A stretch of DNA of 64,000 nt, taken from contig JBNJGB010000031.1 in assembly GCA_051747385.1 (NCBI GenBank), forward strand, positions 9,454 through 73,453, read 5' to 3'. The position numbers and the translations under genes were made by a program. How positions within the stretch are numbered: the stretch's first letter is position 1; each line of letters opens with the position of its first letter. This stretch comes from Myxococcota bacterium. Its GTDB lineage: Bacteria > Myxococcota_A > UBA9042 > PHBI01 > JACKFB01. Positions 38,882-46,733 of this stretch are shown here, in pieces. Under the pieces are notes generated by a model. The model made no database searches, was not told the origin of the DNA, and saw only the letters and a list, made by a program, of their open reading frames with translations.

Positions 38882-39198
38882 ATGAGCGCCCAGCCTACCA
38901 CCCTTTACGTCGGGCCCGCCTTCCACACGGGGGAGGCGGGCTCGCCGGATCATGCCGCGGTGGAGGCCGACGCGAGCGGCCGGACGAGCGGCTCGACCTC
39001 GACCGGGCCCTCGCCGCCTTCACGCACGGCGCGGCCCGGGCCGTGCAGCGGGATCACGACCTCGGGCGCCTGCGCCCCGGCCACCGCCTGGACCTCACGG
39101 TCCTCGACCGGGATCCGCGGCGCGATCCCGCAGCGTGGCTGCACACACGCGCCACCGCCACCGCCACCGTCGTCGACGGGGTGGTTCGCCGGGCGTGA
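38882..39198 (+). pseudogene. Amidohydrolase-family gene remnant (N-terminal about 30 aa and C-terminal about 70 aa joined across a frameshift, core deleted)
   Basis: Frame 2 TLYVGPAFHTGEAGSPDHAAVEADASGR resembles an amidohydrolase N-terminus; frame 1 LDRALAAFTHGAARAVQRDHDLGRLRPGHRLDLTVLDRDP...TVVDGVV is a classic amidohydrolase C-terminus. Confidence 0.4.
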
Positions 39199-39411
39199 CC
39201 GGCCTCTCTCGAAGCTCGTCCACCGGGGTCTGGGGCGGGCCGTGGCGGGGTGGCCTGTTCAGGCAGGCTCCCGAGGTGCGACCGGACGCAGGCCTCCGGG
39301 TGGTGCTCGATTGGCCCGAGGCCCCGGGCTCGATGCCTCGGGGGCCGCGGACCCCGGCGATCCGGCGCACCCGCCCTCGGGCGAGAAGCCGAACCGCCGG
39401 ACGTGTGGACG

Positions 39412-39609
39412 CTAGTCCAGCGCCGTGACGTTCTCGGCGCGCGGACCCTTCGGCCCACGACCCTCGTCAAAGGAAACCCTCTGACCCTCGCGCAGATCCT
39501 CGAACTGCCCGTTGACGTTCGACATGTGGAAGAACATGTCGTCCGACCCGCCGCTCGAGATGAAACCGAAGCCGCGGTCGGTCAGTCGCTTGATCGTGCC
39601 TTCTGCCAT
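39412..39609 (-). CDS. Cold-shock protein (CspA family)
   Basis: 65 aa, KRLTDRGFGFI (RNP1) and VFFHMS-like RNP2 motifs. Confidence 0.9.
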   Translation of the reverse strand: MAEGTIKRLTDRGFGFISSGGSDDMFFHMSNVNGQFEDLREGQRVSFDEGRGPKGPRAENVTALD

Positions 39610-39744
39610 GATGACTCAACTTGTCTTGGATGATGCTCTGCCGAAGGGCAACGGGCCCAACGGCAGAGCGACAGTGAACCACTTCGACGCGAAAAGCCAG
39701 CGCCGGGTCATTTGCCCGAGAAATCTTCCACTCACCGGCGAGGT

Positions 39745-40668
39745 CTAGACCCCGCTCTCCAGCGGTTCGCGCGCCTCCAGCCAGGTCGCCGGGACGCCCT
39801 CCCGGCCGGTGAAGGCCGCCACGATGCCGCCCACGATGGCGCACGTGGTGTCGCGATCGCCCCCGGCGGACACGGTGGTCCACATGGCGGCCTCGAAGTC
39901 CTCCAGGTGGCGAGCCGCGGACCAGAGGCAGAAGCCGACGGTGTCCTGGGCCGTGATGCGGCTGCCGTTGCCCAGGTTCGCGACCGCCGTCGTGACGGTC
40001 TCCTCCGGGTCGAGGCCGCGGGCGGTCTCCACGTGATCGCGGACCTCGCTGTCGGGCGTGACGGCGAGCGCCGCGTCGAACAGGGCCCTCGGCTCCGTCT
40101 CGCCGTCCGCGCCCTGGCGCGCGGCCTCGCCCGCGGCCGCCGAGACCGCGATCGCGCCGGCGCGGCCCTCCGGGTGGGCGTGGGTGACCCGCGCGGAGAC
40201 GTCGGCCTCCTGGGCGAGCCGCTCCGGGTCGTCGGCGAAGTACGCCCCCAGCGGGGCCACGCGCATGGCGCCGCCGTTGCCGAACGAGCCCGAGCCGCGG
40301 AACAGCGCCGGGGCCTCCACGCGCCAGTCCGCGCCGCCCCCGAAGGCCGGAAGGAGCCGGTGCGCTCCGGGCCCGTAGCCGCGCCCCGGCCGCCGCGCGT
40401 AGCGGTGGGCGAAGCGCCTCGCGAGCGCGTCCGGGTCCACGCGCCCGTGGGCCTCCAGGACGTCCACGATCGCCAGGGCCATCTCGGTGTCGTCCGTGTA
40501 GCGCCACGGCGATCGGGGGAGCGCCCGTCGGGCCACCAGCTCGGCGAGGCGGTCCGAGTGCGCGAAGAAGCGCTCTCCGAACGCGTCCCCGACGGAGAGC
40601 CCCTCGAGGGACGTGCGCGCCCGCTCCAGGCGCGCCTCGGCGTCTGTCGACATGCTGTTGCGAGCCAT
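39745..40668 (-). CDS. ADP-ribosylglycohydrolase family protein (DraG-like)
   Basis: GDAFGE, WRYTDDTEMALAIV, GNGGAMRVAPLGAYF, GGDRDTTCAIVGG motifs; start at 40668 (alternative 40653). Confidence 0.8.
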   Translation of the reverse strand: MARNSMSTDAEARLERARTSLEGLSVGDAFGERFFAHSDRLAELVARRALPRSPWRYTDDTEMALAIVDVLEAHGRVDPDALARRFAHRYARRPGRGYGPGAHRLLPAFGGGADWRVEAPALFRGSGSFGNGGAMRVAPLGAYFADDPERLAQEADVSARVTHAHPEGRAGAIAVSAAAGEAARQGADGETEPRALFDAALAVTPDSEVRDHVETARGLDPEETVTTAVANLGNGSRITAQDTVGFCLWSAARHLEDFEAAMWTTVSAGGDRDTTCAIVGGIVAAFTGREGVPATWLEAREPLESGV

Positions 40669-40862
40669 GTCGTCCAGCCTATCATTCCGGGCCGGGAGCG
40701 GGCGACGCGGTGAAACCGCCTGCCCTGCCCGATTCTTGGTCGACCGGGTGTCTGTGATAGCTTGCCGCCCGTGATCCCGGGGGAGGGAGCAGGCCACCCA
40801 CGGCCGGACGATGCGGCAGCAGGACCGCCGTCTCCGCCGGCGGAACCAGGAGGACAGCCCGA

Positions 40863-43187
40863 GTGAGCAGCCGCCGCCGCGCCCTGTTCGTCAACCCGCC
40901 GCTGTTCGTGGGGACGGACTTCATCGACTACCCGTACTTCGCGGACTACGGCCTCCTCGTGTCGGCGGCCTGGACCGCGCGCGCCGGGTGGGCGGTGGAC
41001 GTGGTGGACGCCTTCGCGCGGCCCGGCTCGGGCAAGCACCCCCACGGCGACCACTTCCTCCTGGGCGTCCCCAACGACGCCATGCTGGAGGCGATGCCCG
41101 AGGAACCGGTCGACGTGGTGGCCGTCGCGAGCACGCCGTTCCTCAAACCCCAGGACCCGCGGCCGGAGACCCGCGAGCTGATCGCGGCCCTCCGCGAGCG
41201 CTATCCCGACGCCGCTCTCATCCTGGCGGACTGCCACTTCGGCGGCATGCACACGGTCGAGGTGGACCTCGAGGACGTCCTGGCGGCCATGCCGGACCTC
41301 GACGCGCACCTCCGCTACGCCGGGGACGCCTGGTTCTCGGAGCCGGAGCGCCTCCTGGACCTGAAGGGCACGAAGCAGGCCGTGGACGCCGCCGCGCACC
41401 CCTGGCGGAGCTCCCACAGCCCGCCATTTCCGCTCCTCGACGCGCTGGACCGGGAGCACCACCGGCGCTTCCTGGCGTCCTGCTTCGCGGACGGCTCCTG
41501 GTCGAACCCCTTCGACGTCACGCCGGACACCCTGCCCTTCATGACCAGCGGCGGCTGCGTGCACCGCTGCATCTTCTGCACCTCCAACCCGGGCTGGCAG
41601 ACCGTGGGCCGCAAGCCGTACCGCGCCGTGCCCCTGGAGTGCATCGAGCAGTGGGCCTATCTCCTCGTGAAGGGCCTGGGCGCGCGGAAGCTGATGATCC
41701 TCGACGAGATCGCCAACCTGCGCCCCGACTTCGAGGAGGTCCTGGAGGTCTTGGAGAAGCTGGACCTCCGCTACGACTTCCCCAACGGCGTGCGGGCGGA
41801 CTACCTCGCCGACAGCGCCATCGAGCGGATGAAGGGCCGGGTGAACAGGCTGTCCGTGTCGGTCGAGAGCGGGGACGCGGCGGAGCTCTCGGGCCCCATC
41901 GCCAAGCGCCTGGACCCGAACGAGGTGGAGCGCGTCGCGCGGACGGCGCACCGGGTCGGCGTGCCGCTCATGGTCCACTACATCATCGGCTTCCCGTGGG
42001 AGACGCCGCGGCAGGTGCTCGACACGCTGGAGTTCGCCTGGCGGCTCCACGAGCAGTACGGCGCCGAGCCGGCGGTCCAGTACGCGACGCCGCTGCGGGG
42101 CACGCCGCTCCACGAGATGTGCCTGGAGCAGGGCCTCACCACGAAGCAGGGCGCGGACTCCACGGACCCGGCGCTGTTCCAGCACGAGCCCTCCTACGTC
42201 CCGCCGAACATCCCGCCCGGCTGGCTCGAGACGGCCAAGGGCGCGCTGGAGGCCAAGCTGAAGGCGGCGCGCGAGCGCAAGGTGATCATGAACATCACCT
42301 ACTCGTGCGACAACAACTGCGAGTTCTGCGCCACGGGCGACCGCGTGCGGAAGATCATCCCCTGGCCGCGGGTCGAGCGCATCCTGCGCGAGCACTGGGA
42401 CCAGGGCATCGGCCAGCTGGACATCGACGGCGGCGAGCCGACGCTGCACCCGAACCTCGTGGACGCCATCCGGCTGGCGACGGACCTGGGCTATCACCGC
42501 ATCAACATCACCAGCAACGGCCGGCGCCTCGCGGACCCCGAGCGCGCCCGGGAGCTGGTGCAGAGCGGCCTGACGAGCCTGCTCATCTCCATGCACGGCC
42601 ACACGCCGGAGCTGCACGACCGCATCGTGCGGAAGCGCGGCGCCTTCGATCAGACCGTCGCCGGCATCCGGAACGCCCTGGCGTACATGTCCGAGGACGT
42701 GGACTTCGGCGTGAACATCACCATCGTGCGGAACAACGTGGACCACCTGGAGGAGTTCACGCAGCTCGCCTGGGACCTGGGCGCGCGGAAGGTGAACTAC
42801 CAGATGCTCACGCCGTTCGGGAACGCCGAGACCCGCTACACGGACGAGGACATCGTCCCGCCCGAGCGCGAGGTGGCCGCCCGCCTCTGCGAGGTCATCG
42901 AGCGCTGGAGCGACCGGCTGCGCATCTTCGTCGTCAACGCGCAGCCCTGCCTCTTCCCGGGCTACGAGCGCTACGTCCTGCCGGACCTCCAGAAGCTGGG
43001 GCGCACGATGGTCTTCGTGTGGGACGAGGAGGTGAACCTCTTCGAGTACCTCGGCGCGCGCCGCGAGCGCGTGGAGATCTGCGAGTCCTGCCCCCACAGC
43101 ATCAACTGCCAGGGCTTCTTCGACTTCGAGTCGGACTACGAGCCGCCCCGCGAGGTCCGCGACTTCCTGGGAGGTGCCCGTGCCTGA
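40863..43187 (+). CDS. Bifunctional radical-SAM protein: cobalamin-binding class-B radical SAM domain fused to a SPASM-type radical SAM domain
   Basis: GTG start 8 nt after AGGAGGA; N-terminal B12-binding-like region (ALFVNPPLFVG...GLLVSAAW...VDVVD); CVHRCIFC (Cx3Cx2C); second core NITYSCDNNCEFCATGD...IDGGEPTLHPN...ITSNGRRL and C-terminal CESCPHSINC auxiliary-cluster cysteines. Confidence 0.8.
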   Translation: MSSRRRALFVNPPLFVGTDFIDYPYFADYGLLVSAAWTARAGWAVDVVDAFARPGSGKHPHGDHFLLGVPNDAMLEAMPEEPVDVVAVASTPFLKPQDPRPETRELIAALRERYPDAALILADCHFGGMHTVEVDLEDVLAAMPDLDAHLRYAGDAWFSEPERLLDLKGTKQAVDAAAHPWRSSHSPPFPLLDALDREHHRRFLASCFADGSWSNPFDVTPDTLPFMTSGGCVHRCIFCTSNPGWQTVGRKPYRAVPLECIEQWAYLLVKGLGARKLMILDEIANLRPDFEEVLEVLEKLDLRYDFPNGVRADYLADSAIERMKGRVNRLSVSVESGDAAELSGPIAKRLDPNEVERVARTAHRVGVPLMVHYIIGFPWETPRQVLDTLEFAWRLHEQYGAEPAVQYATPLRGTPLHEMCLEQGLTTKQGADSTDPALFQHEPSYVPPNIPPGWLETAKGALEAKLKAARERKVIMNITYSCDNNCEFCATGDRVRKIIPWPRVERILREHWDQGIGQLDIDGGEPTLHPNLVDAIRLATDLGYHRINITSNGRRLADPERARELVQSGLTSLLISMHGHTPELHDRIVRKRGAFDQTVAGIRNALAYMSEDVDFGVNITIVRNNVDHLEEFTQLAWDLGARKVNYQMLTPFGNAETRYTDEDIVPPEREVAARLCEVIERWSDRLRIFVVNAQPCLFPGYERYVLPDLQKLGRTMVFVWDEEVNLFEYLGARRERVEICESCPHSINCQGFFDFESDYEPPREVRDFLGGARA

Positions 43188-44106
43188 ACGCCCCGGGACC
43201 ATGATCGACCTGATCATGGGCTACGAGTGCAACGTGCGGTGCGACTACTGCTCCATCTTCGACGAGCTTCGCCCGAAGAACATGAGCACCGCCCAGATCC
43301 TGGCGGAGCTTCAGCGTGCCTGGGCCCAGGGCATCCACCGCGCGGCCTTCGGCGGCGGCGAGCCGACCATCCGGAAGGACTTCCTGCCGCTCGTCCGATG
43401 GTGCCGGGATCGGGGCTTCGACCACGTGAAGGTGGCCTCGAACGGGATGATGTACTCCTACGAGGACTACGCCCGAAAGGCCGTCGACGCCGGAGTCACG
43501 CAGTTCAACATCTCCGCCATGGGCCACACGGAGGCCCTGTACAACCGCATCATGGCCACGCCGAAGGCCCTCGGCCTGGTGCGGAAGGGCGTGGACAACC
43601 TCATCGCCCTGGGCCAGGAGCCCGCCCTGGACCTCATCGTCAAGGCGGACACCTGGCGCCGGATCCCCGACACCGTCGCCTGGTGGGCCGACCAGGGCGT
43701 GAAGACGTTCAGCCTCTGGCTCGTGTCCCTGACCGACCGGAACGCGCAGTTCCCCGAGTCCATGCCCCGGGTGAGCGAGATGCGCGAGGGCTTCACGGGC
43801 GCCTTCGACATCGCCCGCGAGCGGGGCCTGAAGGTCACCACGCGCCACGTCCCCCGCTGCATGCTCCGCGGCTACGAGGACCACGTCGAGGACGTCAGCA
43901 CCCAGGACGTCCTCATCGTCACGCCGGGCGAGCGCTTCCACATCACCGACTCGGTCATCAGCCCGAACGCCCTGACCGACAAGTGCGAGGGCTGCCGCTT
44001 CGCCGGCGACCCCTGCATCGGGATGCGCCGGGATTACCTGGAGCGCTACGGCGACGACGAGATCGAGCCCTATTTCGACGACACGGCCGGCGCCGCCACG
44101 GCATGA
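43174..44106 (+). CDS. Radical SAM protein with C-terminal twitch/SPASM-like cysteines
   Basis: GYECNVRCDYCS (Cx3Cx2C), FGGGEPTI, ASNG; C-terminal CEGCRFAGDPC; start at GTG 43174 or ATG 43201; overlaps the upstream stop. Confidence 0.8.
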   Translation: MPVPERPGTMIDLIMGYECNVRCDYCSIFDELRPKNMSTAQILAELQRAWAQGIHRAAFGGGEPTIRKDFLPLVRWCRDRGFDHVKVASNGMMYSYEDYARKAVDAGVTQFNISAMGHTEALYNRIMATPKALGLVRKGVDNLIALGQEPALDLIVKADTWRRIPDTVAWWADQGVKTFSLWLVSLTDRNAQFPESMPRVSEMREGFTGAFDIARERGLKVTTRHVPRCMLRGYEDHVEDVSTQDVLIVTPGERFHITDSVISPNALTDKCEGCRFAGDPCIGMRRDYLERYGDDEIEPYFDDTAGAATA

Positions 44107-46064
44107 GGGCGCTCGTCGACGTCGGCCACGGGTGCAACAACCGGTGCACCTTCTGCAGCGTGGCCCCCACCCGCGAGTCGGAGGCCTCCACGGAGGCCCT
44201 GGCCCGGAAGATCGACCGCGCGGCCGCTCTGGGCCACACCATGGTGGTCCTCACCGGCGGCGAGCCGACCATCCGCCGCGACCTCCCGCGCCTGGCGAAG
44301 CGCGTCGCGGCCCGCGGCATGGATCTGGGCCTCGTCACCAACGCCCGGATGCTGGCCTATCCGAAGCTGGCCGATCTCCTCGCGGACCGCCGCCTCACCT
44401 GGGTCCACGCCTCCGTCCACGGCGGCACGCCCGAGGTCCACGACGCCATCGTCGGCGACGCGGCCTTCGAGCAGACCCTCGCGGGCGTCCGCACCTGCCT
44501 CGCCCGCGGCGTCGCCGTCCACCTCCACTGCGTCGTGACGCGCGCCAACCTCCACCACCTCCGCGGCGTGGTCGACCTGCTGTCGGACCTCCCCGGCGGC
44601 ACCCTGGCTTTCGCCCCGGTGGAGCCGGTGGGCGACGCCGCCCGCGACGACTCGCAGGTCCCCTCCCCCGAGGAGGCCGCCCGAGCCATCGCCGACGCCA
44701 TCCGCCACGGCGACTCGCGAGAGCACCGATCGGGCGTGCGGACCGCGGGTCTCCGAGGGATTTCCGAGTGGATCGGCCAGGCGCGCAGCGCCGGTGCTGC
44801 GTCCCGAGCCATGCCATCAGGCATGGCGCAGCGGTCGCGGCAGGCCGAGGCGCCGGAAATCGCCGGTAGCCCAACGGGAGCACGGTCGTTCGGTGCTCCA
44901 GGCCTCTCCGGCCGCGTGGCGCACCAGGACGTGCCCCTGTGCCTGCTGCCGGGCCTGGAGGACCGCTGGACCGACCCCCGCGCCCGGGGGTTCACGCGCC
45001 GCAGCCGCGTCGCGGACGACGACCTCCTCCCCCTCGACCGGGGCGGCCGGGTGCAGCCCGAGCCATGCACCGACTGCGCCCTGCGCGGCCGCTGCCCGGG
45101 CCTCCACGAGGCCACGCTGGAGACCTTCGGCGCGGGCATGCTGACGCCGAAGCTGGCGCACCGCTCCAACTCCTACAACTTCGTCCCCGGCGGCTCGGCC
45201 ACCTGGGAGGCCGGGGCGCCCTGCCCGCTCCTGGACCGCGGCCCGCACGTGCTCGACCGCACGCGCGACGTGTTCCTCCGACAGGGCGAGACGATGACGC
45301 GCTACGAGACGGCCACCCGCGACTTCGCCGAGGCCGAGCTTCGCGCCACCAAGCACGTCCACGGCCAGGTCTACGTGGACATCACGGACAAGACGGCCCC
45401 GGACGACTTCGCCGCGGACCTGCGCAAGCTGGTGCGCGTCCCGGAGTGCGCGCCCTGCCCGGCCCGCGACGCCTGCCCCAACTGCTACGAGGCCCTGGAC
45501 GAGGACGTCTTCACCCGCGACGACGCCCTCCTCCGGGACCTCATCGCCGGCCTGGAGGGCGACGTCCTCGACGTCGGCTGCGGCGACGGCCGCTACGGCG
45601 ACGTCCTGGGCCCCCTGGTCGAGTCGGGCCGCATCCGCTACCGCGGCCTCGACCCGCACGCCCCGACCGTCGAATCCCTCCGGGAGCGCTGGCCCTGGGC
45701 CACCCTCGAGGTCGGCCGCGCCGAGGACCTGGACCTGCCGCCCGAGTCCCTCGACCACGCCTTGGTGCTCCGCTCCTGGAACCACCTGGAGCGCCCCCGC
45801 GACGTCCTCACGGTCCTCACGAAGGCCCTCCGCCCCGGCGGCACCCTCCTCGTCGCCGACAACGTCGCCTTCGGCCTGCTCCGCAGCCCCACCCAGGCCA
45901 GCCGCGCCGAGACGGGCCCCTCCGAGTTGGAGCACTTCCGCAACCACAGCGCCACCCAGGCCCGAGCCCTCCTCGAAGCCCTCCCCCTGACCGTCGAGGC
46001 CTTCCACGAGGTCGGCCCCCGCACCAGCAACCAGTGGGTGCTTCACGCGCGGCGGACGGGTTGA
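44103..46064 (+). CDS. Radical SAM (SPASM-type) domain fused to a class I SAM-dependent methyltransferase domain
   Basis: ATGA overlap with the upstream gene; GHGCNNRCTFCS, LTGGEPTI, VTNARM; CTDCALRGRCPG and CAPCPARDACPNC cysteine clusters; C-terminal VLDVGCGDGRYG (MTase motif I) and LLVADN (motif II-like). Confidence 0.8.
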   Translation: MRALVDVGHGCNNRCTFCSVAPTRESEASTEALARKIDRAAALGHTMVVLTGGEPTIRRDLPRLAKRVAARGMDLGLVTNARMLAYPKLADLLADRRLTWVHASVHGGTPEVHDAIVGDAAFEQTLAGVRTCLARGVAVHLHCVVTRANLHHLRGVVDLLSDLPGGTLAFAPVEPVGDAARDDSQVPSPEEAARAIADAIRHGDSREHRSGVRTAGLRGISEWIGQARSAGAASRAMPSGMAQRSRQAEAPEIAGSPTGARSFGAPGLSGRVAHQDVPLCLLPGLEDRWTDPRARGFTRRSRVADDDLLPLDRGGRVQPEPCTDCALRGRCPGLHEATLETFGAGMLTPKLAHRSNSYNFVPGGSATWEAGAPCPLLDRGPHVLDRTRDVFLRQGETMTRYETATRDFAEAELRATKHVHGQVYVDITDKTAPDDFAADLRKLVRVPECAPCPARDACPNCYEALDEDVFTRDDALLRDLIAGLEGDVLDVGCGDGRYGDVLGPLVESGRIRYRGLDPHAPTVESLRERWPWATLEVGRAEDLDLPPESLDHALVLRSWNHLERPRDVLTVLTKALRPGGTLLVADNVAFGLLRSPTQASRAETGPSELEHFRNHSATQARALLEALPLTVEAFHEVGPRTSNQWVLHARRTG

Positions 46065-46087
46065 GACCGCCTAGGTAGAGGTCGGGA

Positions 46088-46381
46088 TCACGCGACACGG
46101 GTGAGGTCGTCCTCGATCCGGGTCCGCAGGCGCGGCTTCACCATCCTGTCGGTGGCGAGGTCCACGGGGCGCTGGAGAAGCTCCTCGAGCCGATCCTCGA
46201 GGGCGAAGTAGCCGCGGAGAGTGGGCCTCGCGCGGAAGGTCACCACGACGTCGACGTCGCTGTCGGGCCGAAGGTCACCGCGCGCGGCGGAGCCGAACAC
46301 GGCCAGCGAGGCCACGTCGAACTCCTCTCGGAGCTCATCGGCGTGGCTTCGCAGCGTGGCCAGGACGTCCGGTTTGCTCAT
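46088..46381 (-). CDS. Nucleotidyltransferase-domain protein (MNT-type, antitoxin-like)
   Basis: LAVFGSAARGDLRPDSDVDVVV (GS...D.D motif). Confidence 0.7.
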   Translation of the reverse strand: MSKPDVLATLRSHADELREEFDVASLAVFGSAARGDLRPDSDVDVVVTFRARPTLRGYFALEDRLEELLQRPVDLATDRMVKPRLRTRIEDDLTRVA

Positions 46382-46661
46382 GGCGGGACCCGTCCGGTTT
46401 CGGAGCATCGGCTTGCGCCGTCACGGAGAGGATAGCGCGGGGTCGGCCGACGCGCGAACCGTGGAGCAGAACACGCTCTTGCGGAAGCGCCACGTAGCGG
46501 AACACCACGATGAGTCCGCGGAAGCGTCTCCGGATCGGGGCTTCCGGGGCTCGAAGCCCCTGGCCCAGGTTGATCCCGCCCAGCCGGCGACACTCCCGCG
46601 TCATGTAGCGGATGTCCGACTGGACGAGCCCCTCGAGCCGACTCGAACGGAACGTCGACAT
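46335..46661 (-). CDS. Hypothetical protein upstream of and overlapping the MNT gene; possible degenerate HEPN-like partner
   Basis: Position and size fit a TA partner, but no clean Rx4-6H HEPN motif is seen. Confidence 0.25.
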   Translation of the reverse strand: MSTFRSSRLEGLVQSDIRYMTRECRRLGGINLGQGLRAPEAPIRRRFRGLIVVFRYVALPQERVLLHGSRVGRPRAILSVTAQADAPKPDGSRHEQTGRPGHAAKPRR

Positions 46662-46733
46662 GGCGGCCTCCTCCCACCGCCACTGTAGGAGAGGTCGCGC
46701 CGTCACCCGACCCGGGTCGGGAGTCGCGCTCGC

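Noticed and set aside
46335-46706. Confident HEPN toxin call for the ORF upstream of the MNT gene
   Set aside because: No Rx4-6H motif could be found by eye. It is retained only as a low-confidence hypothetical.
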